The position numbers and the translations under genes were made by a program. A DNA stretch of 64,000 nucleotides from an uncultured virus (IMG/VR IMGVR_UViG_3300027896_000015) (lineage: Duplodnaviria; Heunggongvirae; Uroviricota; Caudoviricetes), in IMG/VR virus record IMGVR_UViG_3300027896_000015. One strand, written 5' to 3'. Position 1 is the stretch's first letter, and each line of letters opens with the position of its first letter. This document shows, one piece after another, positions 54,915-64,000 of the stretch. A model generated the notes under the pieces. The model made no database searches. It was not told the DNA's origin and saw nothing but the letters and a program-made list of their open reading frames with translations.

Positions 54915-54948
54915 AGGGGCTCCGCTTCAGGCGGGGCCTTTTGTTTTT
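54915..54948 (+). terminator. intrinsic terminator
   Basis: GGCTCCGC-TTCAG-GCGGGGCC followed by TTTTGTTTTT. Confidence 0.7.
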
Positions 54949-55033
54949 AAGGGAAGGATTCCAAGTCTTCTTTGTTGAATGTGTGTGTTGTGCAGTCTTT
55001 TTTGCTGAAATCGACATCAATGGAGACCCGCCC

Positions 55034-58000
55034 ATGAGGAAAATAGCCATGGACATGTTCCGGAACTACAAGCAGCCCGTCGACAAAAACGGCAATCCTC
55101 TCAGGAAGGATCGCAGCGGAAAGTGGGTGGACGCGGAAGGCAAGCCGGTCGCCGGAACCGATCCCGTCGAAAGAATGGTCCAAAGGCCGGTCATGACCAT
55201 GGACGATCTGAAGCTGTCCACTCCGATCCTCGGCAAGGTTCTCGATCTGCCGAAGTACGCTGACCTCATCAAGGAACTGCGCGACGCCACCGAGGCGTCG
55301 AAGTCGGGCGTGGTCAACTTCGTCGTCGGAAGCGAGACGGAGATGGCGGACGCCGTCCTGAAGGCAGCTTTTCCTCCCGGATCGGGTGTCGTCTACCGCG
55401 GCGTGGACGGATACGGGATCGACTGCGCGACATGGGGGGCTGCAGCAGACGCGGCCAGAGGGTCGTTCCAGCAGATCATCCGCGGCATGCCGAAGGTATT
55501 CTCAAGGGACGACATCAACGTCGTCCGCCAGATGTCGCAGGCTATCCCGGGCTTGGCGTCGTTGTGGGGCGGAGAACAGGAGGCCCCGGTGCGGCGCCAG
55601 ATCGGCGGCCGACCAGCGGCGCAGCCCGAGGACGCGGGCGAACAGGCCAGCGCCCTGGACAACGCGCTGAAACTTCTGGAGGATCTCCACAACACTCTCG
55701 ACCAGGTTAAGGCTCAGCTTCGCGTGACGGACCGGTACAGCAGCGAGCCGGGAACGACCAGGACTGCGGACGGCAAGGACATCAAGGATACGTTTCCGCA
55801 GTCCGAGAAGTTCAAGATACTCCAGCAGTCGGAGATCGACATCATCGCCAGGATGCGGAACATCCAGAGGACCCTGCCCAAGTTCACGCACTGGTTCGGA
55901 AAGAACGCGTCCGAGTACGACGGCAGCGGCTTCATGGACTTCCAGTCCGAGGCATCGTCGATCGTCAAGAGCATCATGCGGCTGCTCCAGCCCAAGAAGC
56001 TGATGGAGTCCGGACGTTCCCTTCCGCAGTTCCGCGGATCGACTCCCGAGGACCTGATGGACAAGGTGTACACGTACTTCAAGAACGACGCCAAGCAGGC
56101 GCTTGACGCGTTCGCTCGCGGCGCCACCCTGGAAGTCCGCGATCCCATCAAGCGGCTGTCGGACTTCCTCGGTCAGGATAACAAGACGATTCTGACTTCG
56201 CTGTCCACGCTGAAGAAACTGACGTCCGATCTGGTCAGGATCGCCGAGGACCAGAACCGGCTCCTGATTCTCAACAACGTCGACGAGAGCGGCCTTGTGG
56301 CCAGGGAAAGGATGGGGTCCATGGGGGGCACGGCGGTGTCCTTCAACGGCGACGACATCCTGACGAACCAGTACGTCTCGCATGCCGAAAGAGGCAAGAA
56401 GAAGTGCATCATCATGGTCAGCCGCGATCCGATCCGGTTCGGGTTCCACGGGACGGTGACCGTCAACCTGAGCGAGTACAGCGTCGACGACAAGGAAGCC
56501 GAGACGATCGTGTCGCACTTCCTAACCCTGCTGCGCAACATGGCGCAGAAGTCCGGCGGCGGGGTATCCAACATCCGAGTCAGCCGCAACGACATCAGGA
56601 AGATCGGACTGGTCCTTGAAGGCATGACGCACGCCCAGGCCATGCAGCTGCTCAGCACGACGCTCCAGCGCGTCAGGACGGCGGGCACGGACGTGATCGA
56701 CGGCGAGAAGCTCTGGAAGATGGCCACCGAGATCAACAACTCATGGGCGAGGTCGGGAGCCATAGGAGAGTCGAAGGTGGGCGGACCGCTGCGGGGATGC
56801 TACTACAAGAACCCCAAGAAGACCATGGACGACTATATCCGCGACAAGCGCACCGACTGGGGCGAGCACGTCAACAAGATCAATGACAAGATCGAGATGG
56901 CCAACGAGAAGATCAAAAGGCAGGAGCAGACCCGCCAGCAGATATGGGAGATGGACGAGGCCGGCAAGCTTCCGATCACGGAGAGGATCGCCAAGGAGCG
57001 CGAGGTCGACCAGCTTGACAAGGAGATCTACGCCGAGCTGCAGGGCATTCCTCACTTCCAGATACTGTACGGCAGCGCCGGCTGCGGCAAGTCCGTATAT
57101 CCCGAGGCGTTCGCCAAGAAGCTGGGATTCAGGCTAGTCGACGTCGACTTCGGGCAGACGAGAGGCGGGCTGGTCGGACAGACCGAAACGTGGTCGCGCG
57201 CCCTGATCGAGTCCTGGAAGAAAATGGCCAACGTCGTCATCCGCATGGACGAGATGGACGGCCAGATCGCGTCCAGCGTCCAGGAGAGGAACGAAAGCTT
57301 CAACGCCAACGTCCTGGCGCAGCTGCTGTCCTTCTTCGAGGAGAACAAAGACACGCTGGTCAAAAGGAACATTTTCGTGTTCGGCACGACCAACAACCCC
57401 GACAGGATCCGCAGGGAGATCAGGGACAGGGCCGAAAGGCTGTTCGTGCCTGAGCCGTACACCGTCGACGGGTATGTCGAGTTCCTTAACCGGGCGTGCA
57501 GCATCATCGGAAAGGAAAACAGCATGGGGTTCATATACGACCCCGATTCGAAGACGACGAGCGCCAACTTGTGGCCTGAGACCCAGGCTCTGATGGACAC
57601 CGTCAAGCCGGACTTCCCAAGGATCGCGGAGGCTCTTGTCGATACGGGCATGAATTTCAGGCAGCTGGAACGGTGGCTGATCTCCATGTGGGACGTGCAC
57701 ATGCTGCACGTCCAGATCGCCAGGAAGAAGAGGCTCCTGGAGGCCGGCAACATGGAGCTGTTCAAGAAGGAGTACCCCGACAGCTGGGAGCACGACGAGT
57801 CGGGAGACCACGTCAAGCCTATCGTCGTCAGGGGATTCCCGTTCACGACGGAGAACATCATCAGGGCGTGCAAGCTGACGTATCCGACCGACATGGGCGG
57901 GCACAGGATATCGGTGGCCAGAAGGCGCGGAGGCGTCGACGGCGACATCCATATCGGCGTGTACGAGCTGGAGCGCCAGATGACCACGTCCAGGGAGGAG

Positions 58001-58405
58001 CCGGAGGAAGCCGGCGCGGCCGGACAGATGGAGCTCGGCCTGGCGCAGGCGCCGGCAGCCGAGGCCCTGGACGAAAGCGTTCTCTCGCCTCCGGGAGACT
58101 CGGTCCTGGCGTCGACGGACTATTATTTCGATGCGCTCGTGAAGTCCGGCATCGTCGGCAAGGACGGGCTGAAGCAGGAATCCGCAAGGCGGCGCAAGCC
58201 GCAGCCCAGGACGCGCGGACGGCTGAGCGCGATGGACGTCGGAGAGAGGGGATACTACGAGCACGGCACGATCGCCCTGGTCCCGATACCCGATCTTCCG
58301 ACCATGTGGAGGAAATACATTTCGGACAAAAGAAGGCAGGCCCTGAGGGCCGCCAAGGAAATCGCAGGAAAAGAAAGGGGAACGGCCATAGCTCCGGCGA
58401 ATTAA
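55034..58405 (+). CDS. large AAA+ ATPase (Ycf46-like core)
   Basis: Walker A GSAGCGKS, GLVGQTE pore loop, Walker B IRMDEMD, sensor FGTTN. Confidence 0.85.
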   Translation: MRKIAMDMFRNYKQPVDKNGNPLRKDRSGKWVDAEGKPVAGTDPVERMVQRPVMTMDDLKLSTPILGKVLDLPKYADLIKELRDATEASKSGVVNFVVGSETEMADAVLKAAFPPGSGVVYRGVDGYGIDCATWGAAADAARGSFQQIIRGMPKVFSRDDINVVRQMSQAIPGLASLWGGEQEAPVRRQIGGRPAAQPEDAGEQASALDNALKLLEDLHNTLDQVKAQLRVTDRYSSEPGTTRTADGKDIKDTFPQSEKFKILQQSEIDIIARMRNIQRTLPKFTHWFGKNASEYDGSGFMDFQSEASSIVKSIMRLLQPKKLMESGRSLPQFRGSTPEDLMDKVYTYFKNDAKQALDAFARGATLEVRDPIKRLSDFLGQDNKTILTSLSTLKKLTSDLVRIAEDQNRLLILNNVDESGLVARERMGSMGGTAVSFNGDDILTNQYVSHAERGKKKCIIMVSRDPIRFGFHGTVTVNLSEYSVDDKEAETIVSHFLTLLRNMAQKSGGGVSNIRVSRNDIRKIGLVLEGMTHAQAMQLLSTTLQRVRTAGTDVIDGEKLWKMATEINNSWARSGAIGESKVGGPLRGCYYKNPKKTMDDYIRDKRTDWGEHVNKINDKIEMANEKIKRQEQTRQQIWEMDEAGKLPITERIAKEREVDQLDKEIYAELQGIPHFQILYGSAGCGKSVYPEAFAKKLGFRLVDVDFGQTRGGLVGQTETWSRALIESWKKMANVVIRMDEMDGQIASSVQERNESFNANVLAQLLSFFEENKDTLVKRNIFVFGTTNNPDRIRREIRDRAERLFVPEPYTVDGYVEFLNRACSIIGKENSMGFIYDPDSKTTSANLWPETQALMDTVKPDFPRIAEALVDTGMNFRQLERWLISMWDVHMLHVQIARKKRLLEAGNMELFKKEYPDSWEHDESGDHVKPIVVRGFPFTTENIIRACKLTYPTDMGGHRISVARRRGGVDGDIHIGVYELERQMTTSREEPEEAGAAGQMELGLAQAPAAEALDESVLSPPGDSVLASTDYYFDALVKSGIVGKDGLKQESARRRKPQPRTRGRLSAMDVGERGYYEHGTIALVPIPDLPTMWRKYISDKRRQALRAAKEIAGKERGTAIAPAN

Positions 58406-58449
58406 TAGCCGCAAGGACGGCTGAAAACCAACAAGAAGGACATCAACTC

Positions 58450-59436
58450 ATGACTACGGTGATCAGACTGGATCAGAACGACGTGCCGGGCTGGCTGTCG
58501 GAAACGGCGTCCGCCGGCGCCCCTTCCGGTGAAGCGGAAAGGATATCAAAGCTTCCTGACGCGATCGACGACGACGCCGTCGCCTCCGAGATGGAGGTGA
58601 TCGAGCGGCGCGCGGCGGAGGGAAAAGCCTACCATTACAGCTCCAAGTGGCCCAGCGACGCCGTCGCCAAGCTGCGCGAGTACGCCCACGTGTGCGGCAT
58701 CGGCGACAAGTTCGCCGCTGTCGAGCCGGCGCGCGACGACGCGGATCCGCAGGCCGTGCCGGACGACCCGATGTCCAGGAAGGCCGCCGAAATTCTGGCC
58801 GCCAGAAAGGACGCCCCAGCCGGATCGCTCAGCGAGACCGTCGGCGACCCGTTCCATCTGGCGGACAAAGCCGAGGCCGCCCAGGACGACGTCCCGGTCA
58901 TGCCGAGGGTCGGAGCCGTCGCGTCGATCGTCGGCGAATACGACTACCTTAAGAGCCCCGCTCCTCATGTGAAGAGAGGCGAGAACAGCATCGCCGAACC
59001 GGACGCGATCGGCGCCATGTCCGCCGACGAGGACACCGGCGAGAGGCTGAGAAAGGAGAACAGGAACCTCGCCGCGCAGAGAAGGGCGGAAAAGTCGGCA
59101 TGGCAGAAGGAAGCCGTCCAGGCCGCCAAGGACGCAGGGGCCGGCAGCCTTCCGAGAGGGTCGGTGTTCATGACCGAAGCCTGCAACGCCCAGCCGGGGC
59201 TCAGGGACGGCGCGGTGCAGCAGGGGGTCTTCCAGGAGAAGGCCGCGGAGATGCCCGACAGGACGGGCGGCGAGATGCTGAAGGAGAAGAACAGGCTCCG
59301 CCGCGTCGCGATCCAGCGCGTCAAGGACGGCGCCGGCGACTGGCAGAAGGTCGCGGGCACGACAAAGGCCGAGATATCCGACCCCTTCGCCGAAGAGCTT
59401 GAAAAGAGGCTGGAAGGCCTCGGACTGAAACAATAA
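58450..59436 (+). CDS. hypothetical protein
   Basis: Long ORF in the head-gene run. Confidence 0.75.
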   Translation: MTTVIRLDQNDVPGWLSETASAGAPSGEAERISKLPDAIDDDAVASEMEVIERRAAEGKAYHYSSKWPSDAVAKLREYAHVCGIGDKFAAVEPARDDADPQAVPDDPMSRKAAEILAARKDAPAGSLSETVGDPFHLADKAEAAQDDVPVMPRVGAVASIVGEYDYLKSPAPHVKRGENSIAEPDAIGAMSADEDTGERLRKENRNLAAQRRAEKSAWQKEAVQAAKDAGAGSLPRGSVFMTEACNAQPGLRDGAVQQGVFQEKAAEMPDRTGGEMLKEKNRLRRVAIQRVKDGAGDWQKVAGTTKAEISDPFAEELEKRLEGLGLKQ

Positions 59437-59447
59437 GGAGTCCTGCA

Positions 59448-61091
59448 ATGGCCAGTTTCTTCAGAAGCCCGGGCGACCTGGCCGACTGGGTCAGGCAGAG
59501 AGGATCGCGCGAGGAGGCGTCCGAGATCATCGTCAACCTCCCGGGCGTCGGGACGAAATACGCCGAGGACGTCGCGGAGATATCCAGGCGCATCTTCTCG
59601 AACAGGGACGCGGATAACGCGGCCCGCACGCTGTTCGAGATGCTCAAGCAGGCCGGAATCACCGAGGACGGAGTCAAGGAGGCGGTCGCCGGGCGCGACG
59701 CCAGGATAGCCGCCGAGGCCCTGGAGAAGTCAGGCGTCGTCTCCGCGGAAGAGTCCGCAAAGATGATCAAGCAGGCGCAGATCATGCGCCAGCCCGGCGA
59801 GTACATCATGCCGCTGCGGTACTGCCCCAAGCTCCCCATGCAGTCCAACGGCCACGGGCTGATCAGCACCTACAACTGCAGGCACTACTGCCTCGACAGC
59901 CTCGTCCTCGACGACGATCCGGGCAGGGTCTACTGCCTTGAAGCCATGTGGCGCCGCCACGTCATGGACAAGTTCTCCCACGAATGGCGCGACCGCGAGA
60001 CTGGCAAGTGGGTCGGCGGGTACATCAACAGCCGCTTCCATGTGTTCCCCGACGGCGGAACGCCGGGCAACCCAGACGCCCCCAGGGACGGCGGGAATCT
60101 GATGGGTCTGAAGCCGAACGAGAAGTCCAAGCAGCCCAGAAAGCACGAATGGTCGACCGAACGCAGGCTGGACGAGCAGCGCGGCAACAAGCTGAAGTCG
60201 TTCCTGTCGACCGCTTCCGCCAAGGGCTTCAAGCGCGAAGCCGGAATCCATTACACGGACTATTCCCCCGAGTCGGTTCTCGGTTTCCTGATGAACGACA
60301 AGAAGCCCAGCCAGGCGCTTGTCGATGCGTACAAGACCTACTCCGACAACGCCAAGAACCTCATGCTGAGCTGGGCGGCATCCAACGGCGACAAGTTCGC
60401 GTCGCCCGAGGCGCAGGCCGAATGGCTGAAGCTCGCCGACGATGGCGAGGCGCAAGCCGACATTCTGTTCACGCTCCGAGGGGACGGAATCGGGATATGG
60501 GACGGCAGATGGGACAAGTATTTCAAGGACGAGAAGACGCTGGAAGAGATTGAGAACTACCTGAAGGAAAACCTGAAGGAGTACGCCGATGTCGGAGACT
60601 CGGGCATTCTCGACGTCATAATGTTCGAAGAGACCGAAGGAGTCGAAGCGTCGGCAAACAGGCAGGTCCTCCTGGCCGCGGGCCGCGAGAACTTCGTCAA
60701 GATCGCATCGGAAAGCCCCAGGAAGTCCGGCGATCCGGTGTTCGGCATCTTCTCGGCGGCCGTCGAGCTGAGAAGCCAGGGAGTCGAGGACTCCGAAGCG
60801 GCTTCAAGGATCGCCAAGACGTTCGCGACGGATATCGGCAAGGTCGCGTCAATACAGTCGCAAGCCCTGTCCAAGATGGCGGCCCACCTGTCGGACGTCT
60901 ATTCAGCCGAAGGCCCGTCGGCGCCCAAGGACGAGATGGACGACGCCAAGGAACTCGGGCTTCTCGACAATCCGCAATGCCCGCAATGCCAGGGTCCAGG
61001 CGTGCCGCTCGGCAAGCTCGGCAAGCGCATGCACTATCGCTGCAGGAACTGCGGAGCGGATTTCAGCCAAACTGAAGAATCTGCAAAATAG
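59448..61091 (+). CDS. hypothetical protein with C-terminal Zn ribbon
   Basis: CPQC...CRNCG; SD AAGGAG. Confidence 0.75.
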   Translation: MASFFRSPGDLADWVRQRGSREEASEIIVNLPGVGTKYAEDVAEISRRIFSNRDADNAARTLFEMLKQAGITEDGVKEAVAGRDARIAAEALEKSGVVSAEESAKMIKQAQIMRQPGEYIMPLRYCPKLPMQSNGHGLISTYNCRHYCLDSLVLDDDPGRVYCLEAMWRRHVMDKFSHEWRDRETGKWVGGYINSRFHVFPDGGTPGNPDAPRDGGNLMGLKPNEKSKQPRKHEWSTERRLDEQRGNKLKSFLSTASAKGFKREAGIHYTDYSPESVLGFLMNDKKPSQALVDAYKTYSDNAKNLMLSWAASNGDKFASPEAQAEWLKLADDGEAQADILFTLRGDGIGIWDGRWDKYFKDEKTLEEIENYLKENLKEYADVGDSGILDVIMFEETEGVEASANRQVLLAAGRENFVKIASESPRKSGDPVFGIFSAAVELRSQGVEDSEAASRIAKTFATDIGKVASIQSQALSKMAAHLSDVYSAEGPSAPKDEMDDAKELGLLDNPQCPQCQGPGVPLGKLGKRMHYRCRNCGADFSQTEESAK

Positions 61092-61199
61092 CGGTCAAAG
61101 GACGGGCGCGCGTGTTGTATAATGGCGGCAAGGCAGAAAGCTTGGCCTAAATACGGACGCAGCGCCCGTTTTTGTGCCGGGCTGGAGGCGGTGGAAAAT

Positions 61200-64000
61200 A
61201 TGGCGTCCCCTTTGATAACAAGCGACCTAGACTCCAACTTCAGGGCGGCCCTTCAGGGAGGAACGTCCATACCGGGATTCCGCTCCTTCTCGGGATCATC
61301 GATGTCGGAAATCATTTCTCCTGAGTCCATCATAAGGCAGGCGGCTGAAGCCGCGGCCAGAACCAACTACGCCCCAGGGGTGCTGGCCGCTACTGGCGAC
61401 GGCATACGCAAGACGGCCAGCAGCGGCATCATCTACACCCAGCCCATATTCTTCTCGCCGATCCACACGCCAATCAACTGGCAGATACCGTCAAAACGAA
61501 GAGAAATAATGCAATGGTCGATTGTTGATGGGCAATTGCTCAGAGAAGATTTTACATACGTATCGGTACACGATTTTGTTGTCGAAGGAGACACAACGGA
61601 AGATAGCGTTACTGGTGGGATCATGTGGGAACATCCAGAAACAGTTCCAATAGCATCAGGGACTGGACGAATGATTAACCCGTCAAAATGGAGTGCGCGA
61701 TCTTCTTGCGATAAGCGGTCGTTCGAGTTTTTCACATACGGGTATCATCGAGGTTTTGCCGTTACTGAAGAACATGGAGTGTATGTTCTTGACGGACATT
61801 GGTGGAGAAAAAAGCAGAAAAAAGAGAGTAACACGAGATATCGGCGTGATTTGGGCATTCCACCTAATGGCGTGGTCAAAGTGCATATTCCAGAAACCTT
61901 GATCGTCAAAAAAGATGCTAAAGACGTATCGCTAGAAGACTACTTGGTAACGCCGATTATGCCGTTCCCTGAATCTCATTCTGTCGGGAAGGACATGTCG
62001 TATCTGATAGGATTGTGCGCAGCTGATGGGTGTATACAGTCTGACAATGCAGTCAATGTGACATCAAGCATTACAGATAAGCATGTTATTATGCTTGATG
62101 AAACATTCGAAAATGCCATTCTTGGATTGGTTAAATGTGTCACCAAACCTCATGCTTCATCGGCAAATGCATTGCGTACAACAGTTACTGGGAATCGTGT
62201 CGGTTTGCAATTTGGCAAGTATTTAACGGGCAAGCATACTAAAAAGAAGTTCACGAAAGACGTGTTTGACCTTCCCGAATTCGACATATTGGAGATTCTC
62301 GGTGGATACTTTGACGGAGATGGGAGTTACGTTCCTGAACAAGGAATCCTTGTCGCAAACAACTATTCCGAGGACATGGCCGACCAAATATGGTGGATGC
62401 TTGTCAAATGCGGAATCAAGGCTAGCATTGGCAGGTATCCGCTGACGGGACGCCATTATCCGACAACCACGACGCATTACTACAGAATCTTCGTCCCGTC
62501 TTCTGAGGTAACAAAGGTTGCCCCTTACATGAGATCGGGAAAAGTTCCTGCAGATTTTTCTCCGAAGACGGCTAGAGAACTGAAGTTTTTCCACGAAGAA
62601 AATGGCCAGAGATTCTTGTGCCAGCCTATCAGCGACATAAGGACTTTTCTGTATTCAGGAATCGGGCACGACATGCAAATCGATCCTGAAAAATCTTATG
62701 TTCTTAGCGGATTTAAAATATCTAATTGTCGCTACTATATGGAAAATGAGCCGAAAGTCGCGACATCGATTGAGTTCTATTCGCGATATCCCATCAACGG
62801 CTTCGTCCACGAATGTCACAACCGATACGTAAAAAGATACTACGACAAGCTGTCTGAGAGGCTCAATTTAATCCGATGGCTTAGAATTATCAGCCATGAG
62901 GCGCATCTGCTAGGTGACTGCTTCCCGTTCCTCGAGGCGGAGTGCGAAAGATGCGGGGGAACTGGTGCATTTCAGGGAAGAGTATGCAATCACGAAGGAG
63001 GATCGTTCAAGCGCATAGTCATTCTGAATCCAGAATCCGTCGAGGTCTATTCCGATCCCATCCATCCTGACGTGATGATCGCGTTCGTCCCGAACGAGGA
63101 ACTGCGCAATCTCATCATGAAGCGCGGGCCTGGGTTCGACCGTTTTTCAGTGGACGTCAGGAACAAGATATTGTCGGGGATGCCCATCCTACTCGACAAC
63201 AGGAACGTCAGCCACGTCAAGTACGGCGACAACGGCTACAACCGCTACGGGGTCGGCATGGTCAGAAGGCTGTTCCCCATGCTTGCCTACAAGACCAAGC
63301 TGATGACCGCCCAGTGGATTGTGTCGGAACGCCTCATCCTCCCGATAAAGATTGTGAAGATTGGAAGTGATCTGAGGCCAGCCAGCCCGCAGGATTTGGC
63401 CAACGCTCAGGCCTTGATGGCTCAGATTGCCAACGACCCGAACATGACGCTCGTGACGCACCACAATTTCGAGCTGGACTTTTTCGGTGCGGCGGGCAAG
63501 GTGCTCCAGCTGACGGGCGAGTTCGAGATCATCAACCAGGAGATACTGGACGGCCTTGGAATCAACAAGGCGCTGCTGAACGGTGAGGGACCTTGTGCAA
63601 CCCCAGACGTAGAAGTGCTGACGGAAAACGGATGGAAGAAGTATTACGAAGTTTTCGACGGAGAAAAGCTGGCTGGTTTTGACCCCAAAACAGGAAAGAT
63701 GATTTTCGAACATTTCAAGAACAGGATCGTCAGAAACTACGACGGAGATCTTGTTCACTTTAAGACCGACACAATCGACATGCTTGTGACCGCAAACCAC
63801 AGAATGTGGGTTCAAGAGAACAACGCCGACTGGCACGTCTCCGCAGCAGAAAACGTGAAATACGGAAGCAGAATGCGTGCATCTTTCTGCACATGCGAAG
63901 ACCAGCCGATGGGTCTGCGAGACACGATCAAGACTATCGCCGAAAACGTCCAGGGCTATGAGACGACTTCAAAATTGACAGCCGACAAACTGATGATGTC
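61200..64000 (+). CDS. portal-like protein with two inteins (truncated by window end; not in ORF track)
   Basis: Open frame from 61200 (or GTG 61191); extein PSKRREIMQW|CRYYMENEP.V...I.FY, ILNP..V.V, YG..MV.R, P+KIVKIG, LLNGEGP. Confidence 0.8.
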   Translation, partial: MASPLITSDLDSNFRAALQGGTSIPGFRSFSGSSMSEIISPESIIRQAAEAAARTNYAPGVLAATGDGIRKTASSGIIYTQPIFFSPIHTPINWQIPSKRREIMQWSIVDGQLLREDFTYVSVHDFVVEGDTTEDSVTGGIMWEHPETVPIASGTGRMINPSKWSARSSCDKRSFEFFTYGYHRGFAVTEEHGVYVLDGHWWRKKQKKESNTRYRRDLGIPPNGVVKVHIPETLIVKKDAKDVSLEDYLVTPIMPFPESHSVGKDMSYLIGLCAADGCIQSDNAVNVTSSITDKHVIMLDETFENAILGLVKCVTKPHASSANALRTTVTGNRVGLQFGKYLTGKHTKKKFTKDVFDLPEFDILEILGGYFDGDGSYVPEQGILVANNYSEDMADQIWWMLVKCGIKASIGRYPLTGRHYPTTTTHYYRIFVPSSEVTKVAPYMRSGKVPADFSPKTARELKFFHEENGQRFLCQPISDIRTFLYSGIGHDMQIDPEKSYVLSGFKISNCRYYMENEPKVATSIEFYSRYPINGFVHECHNRYVKRYYDKLSERLNLIRWLRIISHEAHLLGDCFPFLEAECERCGGTGAFQGRVCNHEGGSFKRIVILNPESVEVYSDPIHPDVMIAFVPNEELRNLIMKRGPGFDRFSVDVRNKILSGMPILLDNRNVSHVKYGDNGYNRYGVGMVRRLFPMLAYKTKLMTAQWIVSERLILPIKIVKIGSDLRPASPQDLANAQALMAQIANDPNMTLVTHHNFELDFFGAAGKVLQLTGEFEIINQEILDGLGINKALLNGEGPCATPDVEVLTENGWKKYYEVFDGEKLAGFDPKTGKMIFEHFKNRIVRNYDGDLVHFKTDTIDMLVTANHRMWVQENNADWHVSAAENVKYGSRMRASFCTCEDQPMGLRDTIKTIAENVQGYETTSKLTADKLMM
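61518..62726 (+). mobile_element. intein 1 (403 aa) with LAGLIDADG homing endonuclease
   Basis: Starts S, block B VTEEH, LIGLCAADG and LGGYFDGDG, ends ISN before C; lower GC. Confidence 0.88.
63594..64000 (+). mobile_element. intein 2 (partial)
   Basis: CATPDVEVLTENGWK block A; VTANHRMWV block B. Confidence 0.88.

Noticed and set aside
55502..60455. Long minus-strand ORFs opposite the AAA ATPase and neighbours
   Set aside because: Typical high-GC antisense shadows with no motifs.
1..64000. CRISPR array associated with the TnpB/Cas12f-like genes
   Set aside because: No regularly spaced identical direct repeats seen; the 8860-9112 repeat is a coding repeat.

Overview
A 64-kb, GC-rich segment that looks like a large (jumbo/huge) dsDNA bacteriophage genome. 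The likely host is diderm, given an LpxR-like outer-membrane gene; promoters are sigma70-like. The left half is accessory: HNH nuclease, RtcB, PRTase, DNA methyltransferase, Tmk, Tdk, DEDDh exonuclease, HAD phosphatase, radical SAM, EF-Ts, RNase HI, a macro domain, a 5'-3' exonuclease and 18 tRNA genes. The right half is packaging/virion: ABC-type ATPase, large terminase, trypsin-like protease, large AAA ATPase, and a portal-like gene with two inteins that runs off the window. Four tnpB-bearing elements are present, and most of their junctions can be reconstructed. Two features stand out. (1) Each of the two tRNA clusters is preceded by a short leader ORF plus alternative antiterminator/terminator hairpins, and the leader contains a codon read by every tRNA in the cluster downstream (7/7 and 9/9). 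This suggests ribosome-sensed attenuators that switch on phage tRNAs when those codons stall. (2) A 7.4-kb tandem array of about 29 highly diverged small zinc-ribbon genes, most carrying an acidic D-P/x-F motif near the C-terminus. All protein calls come from motif recognition by eye; no database searches were run.
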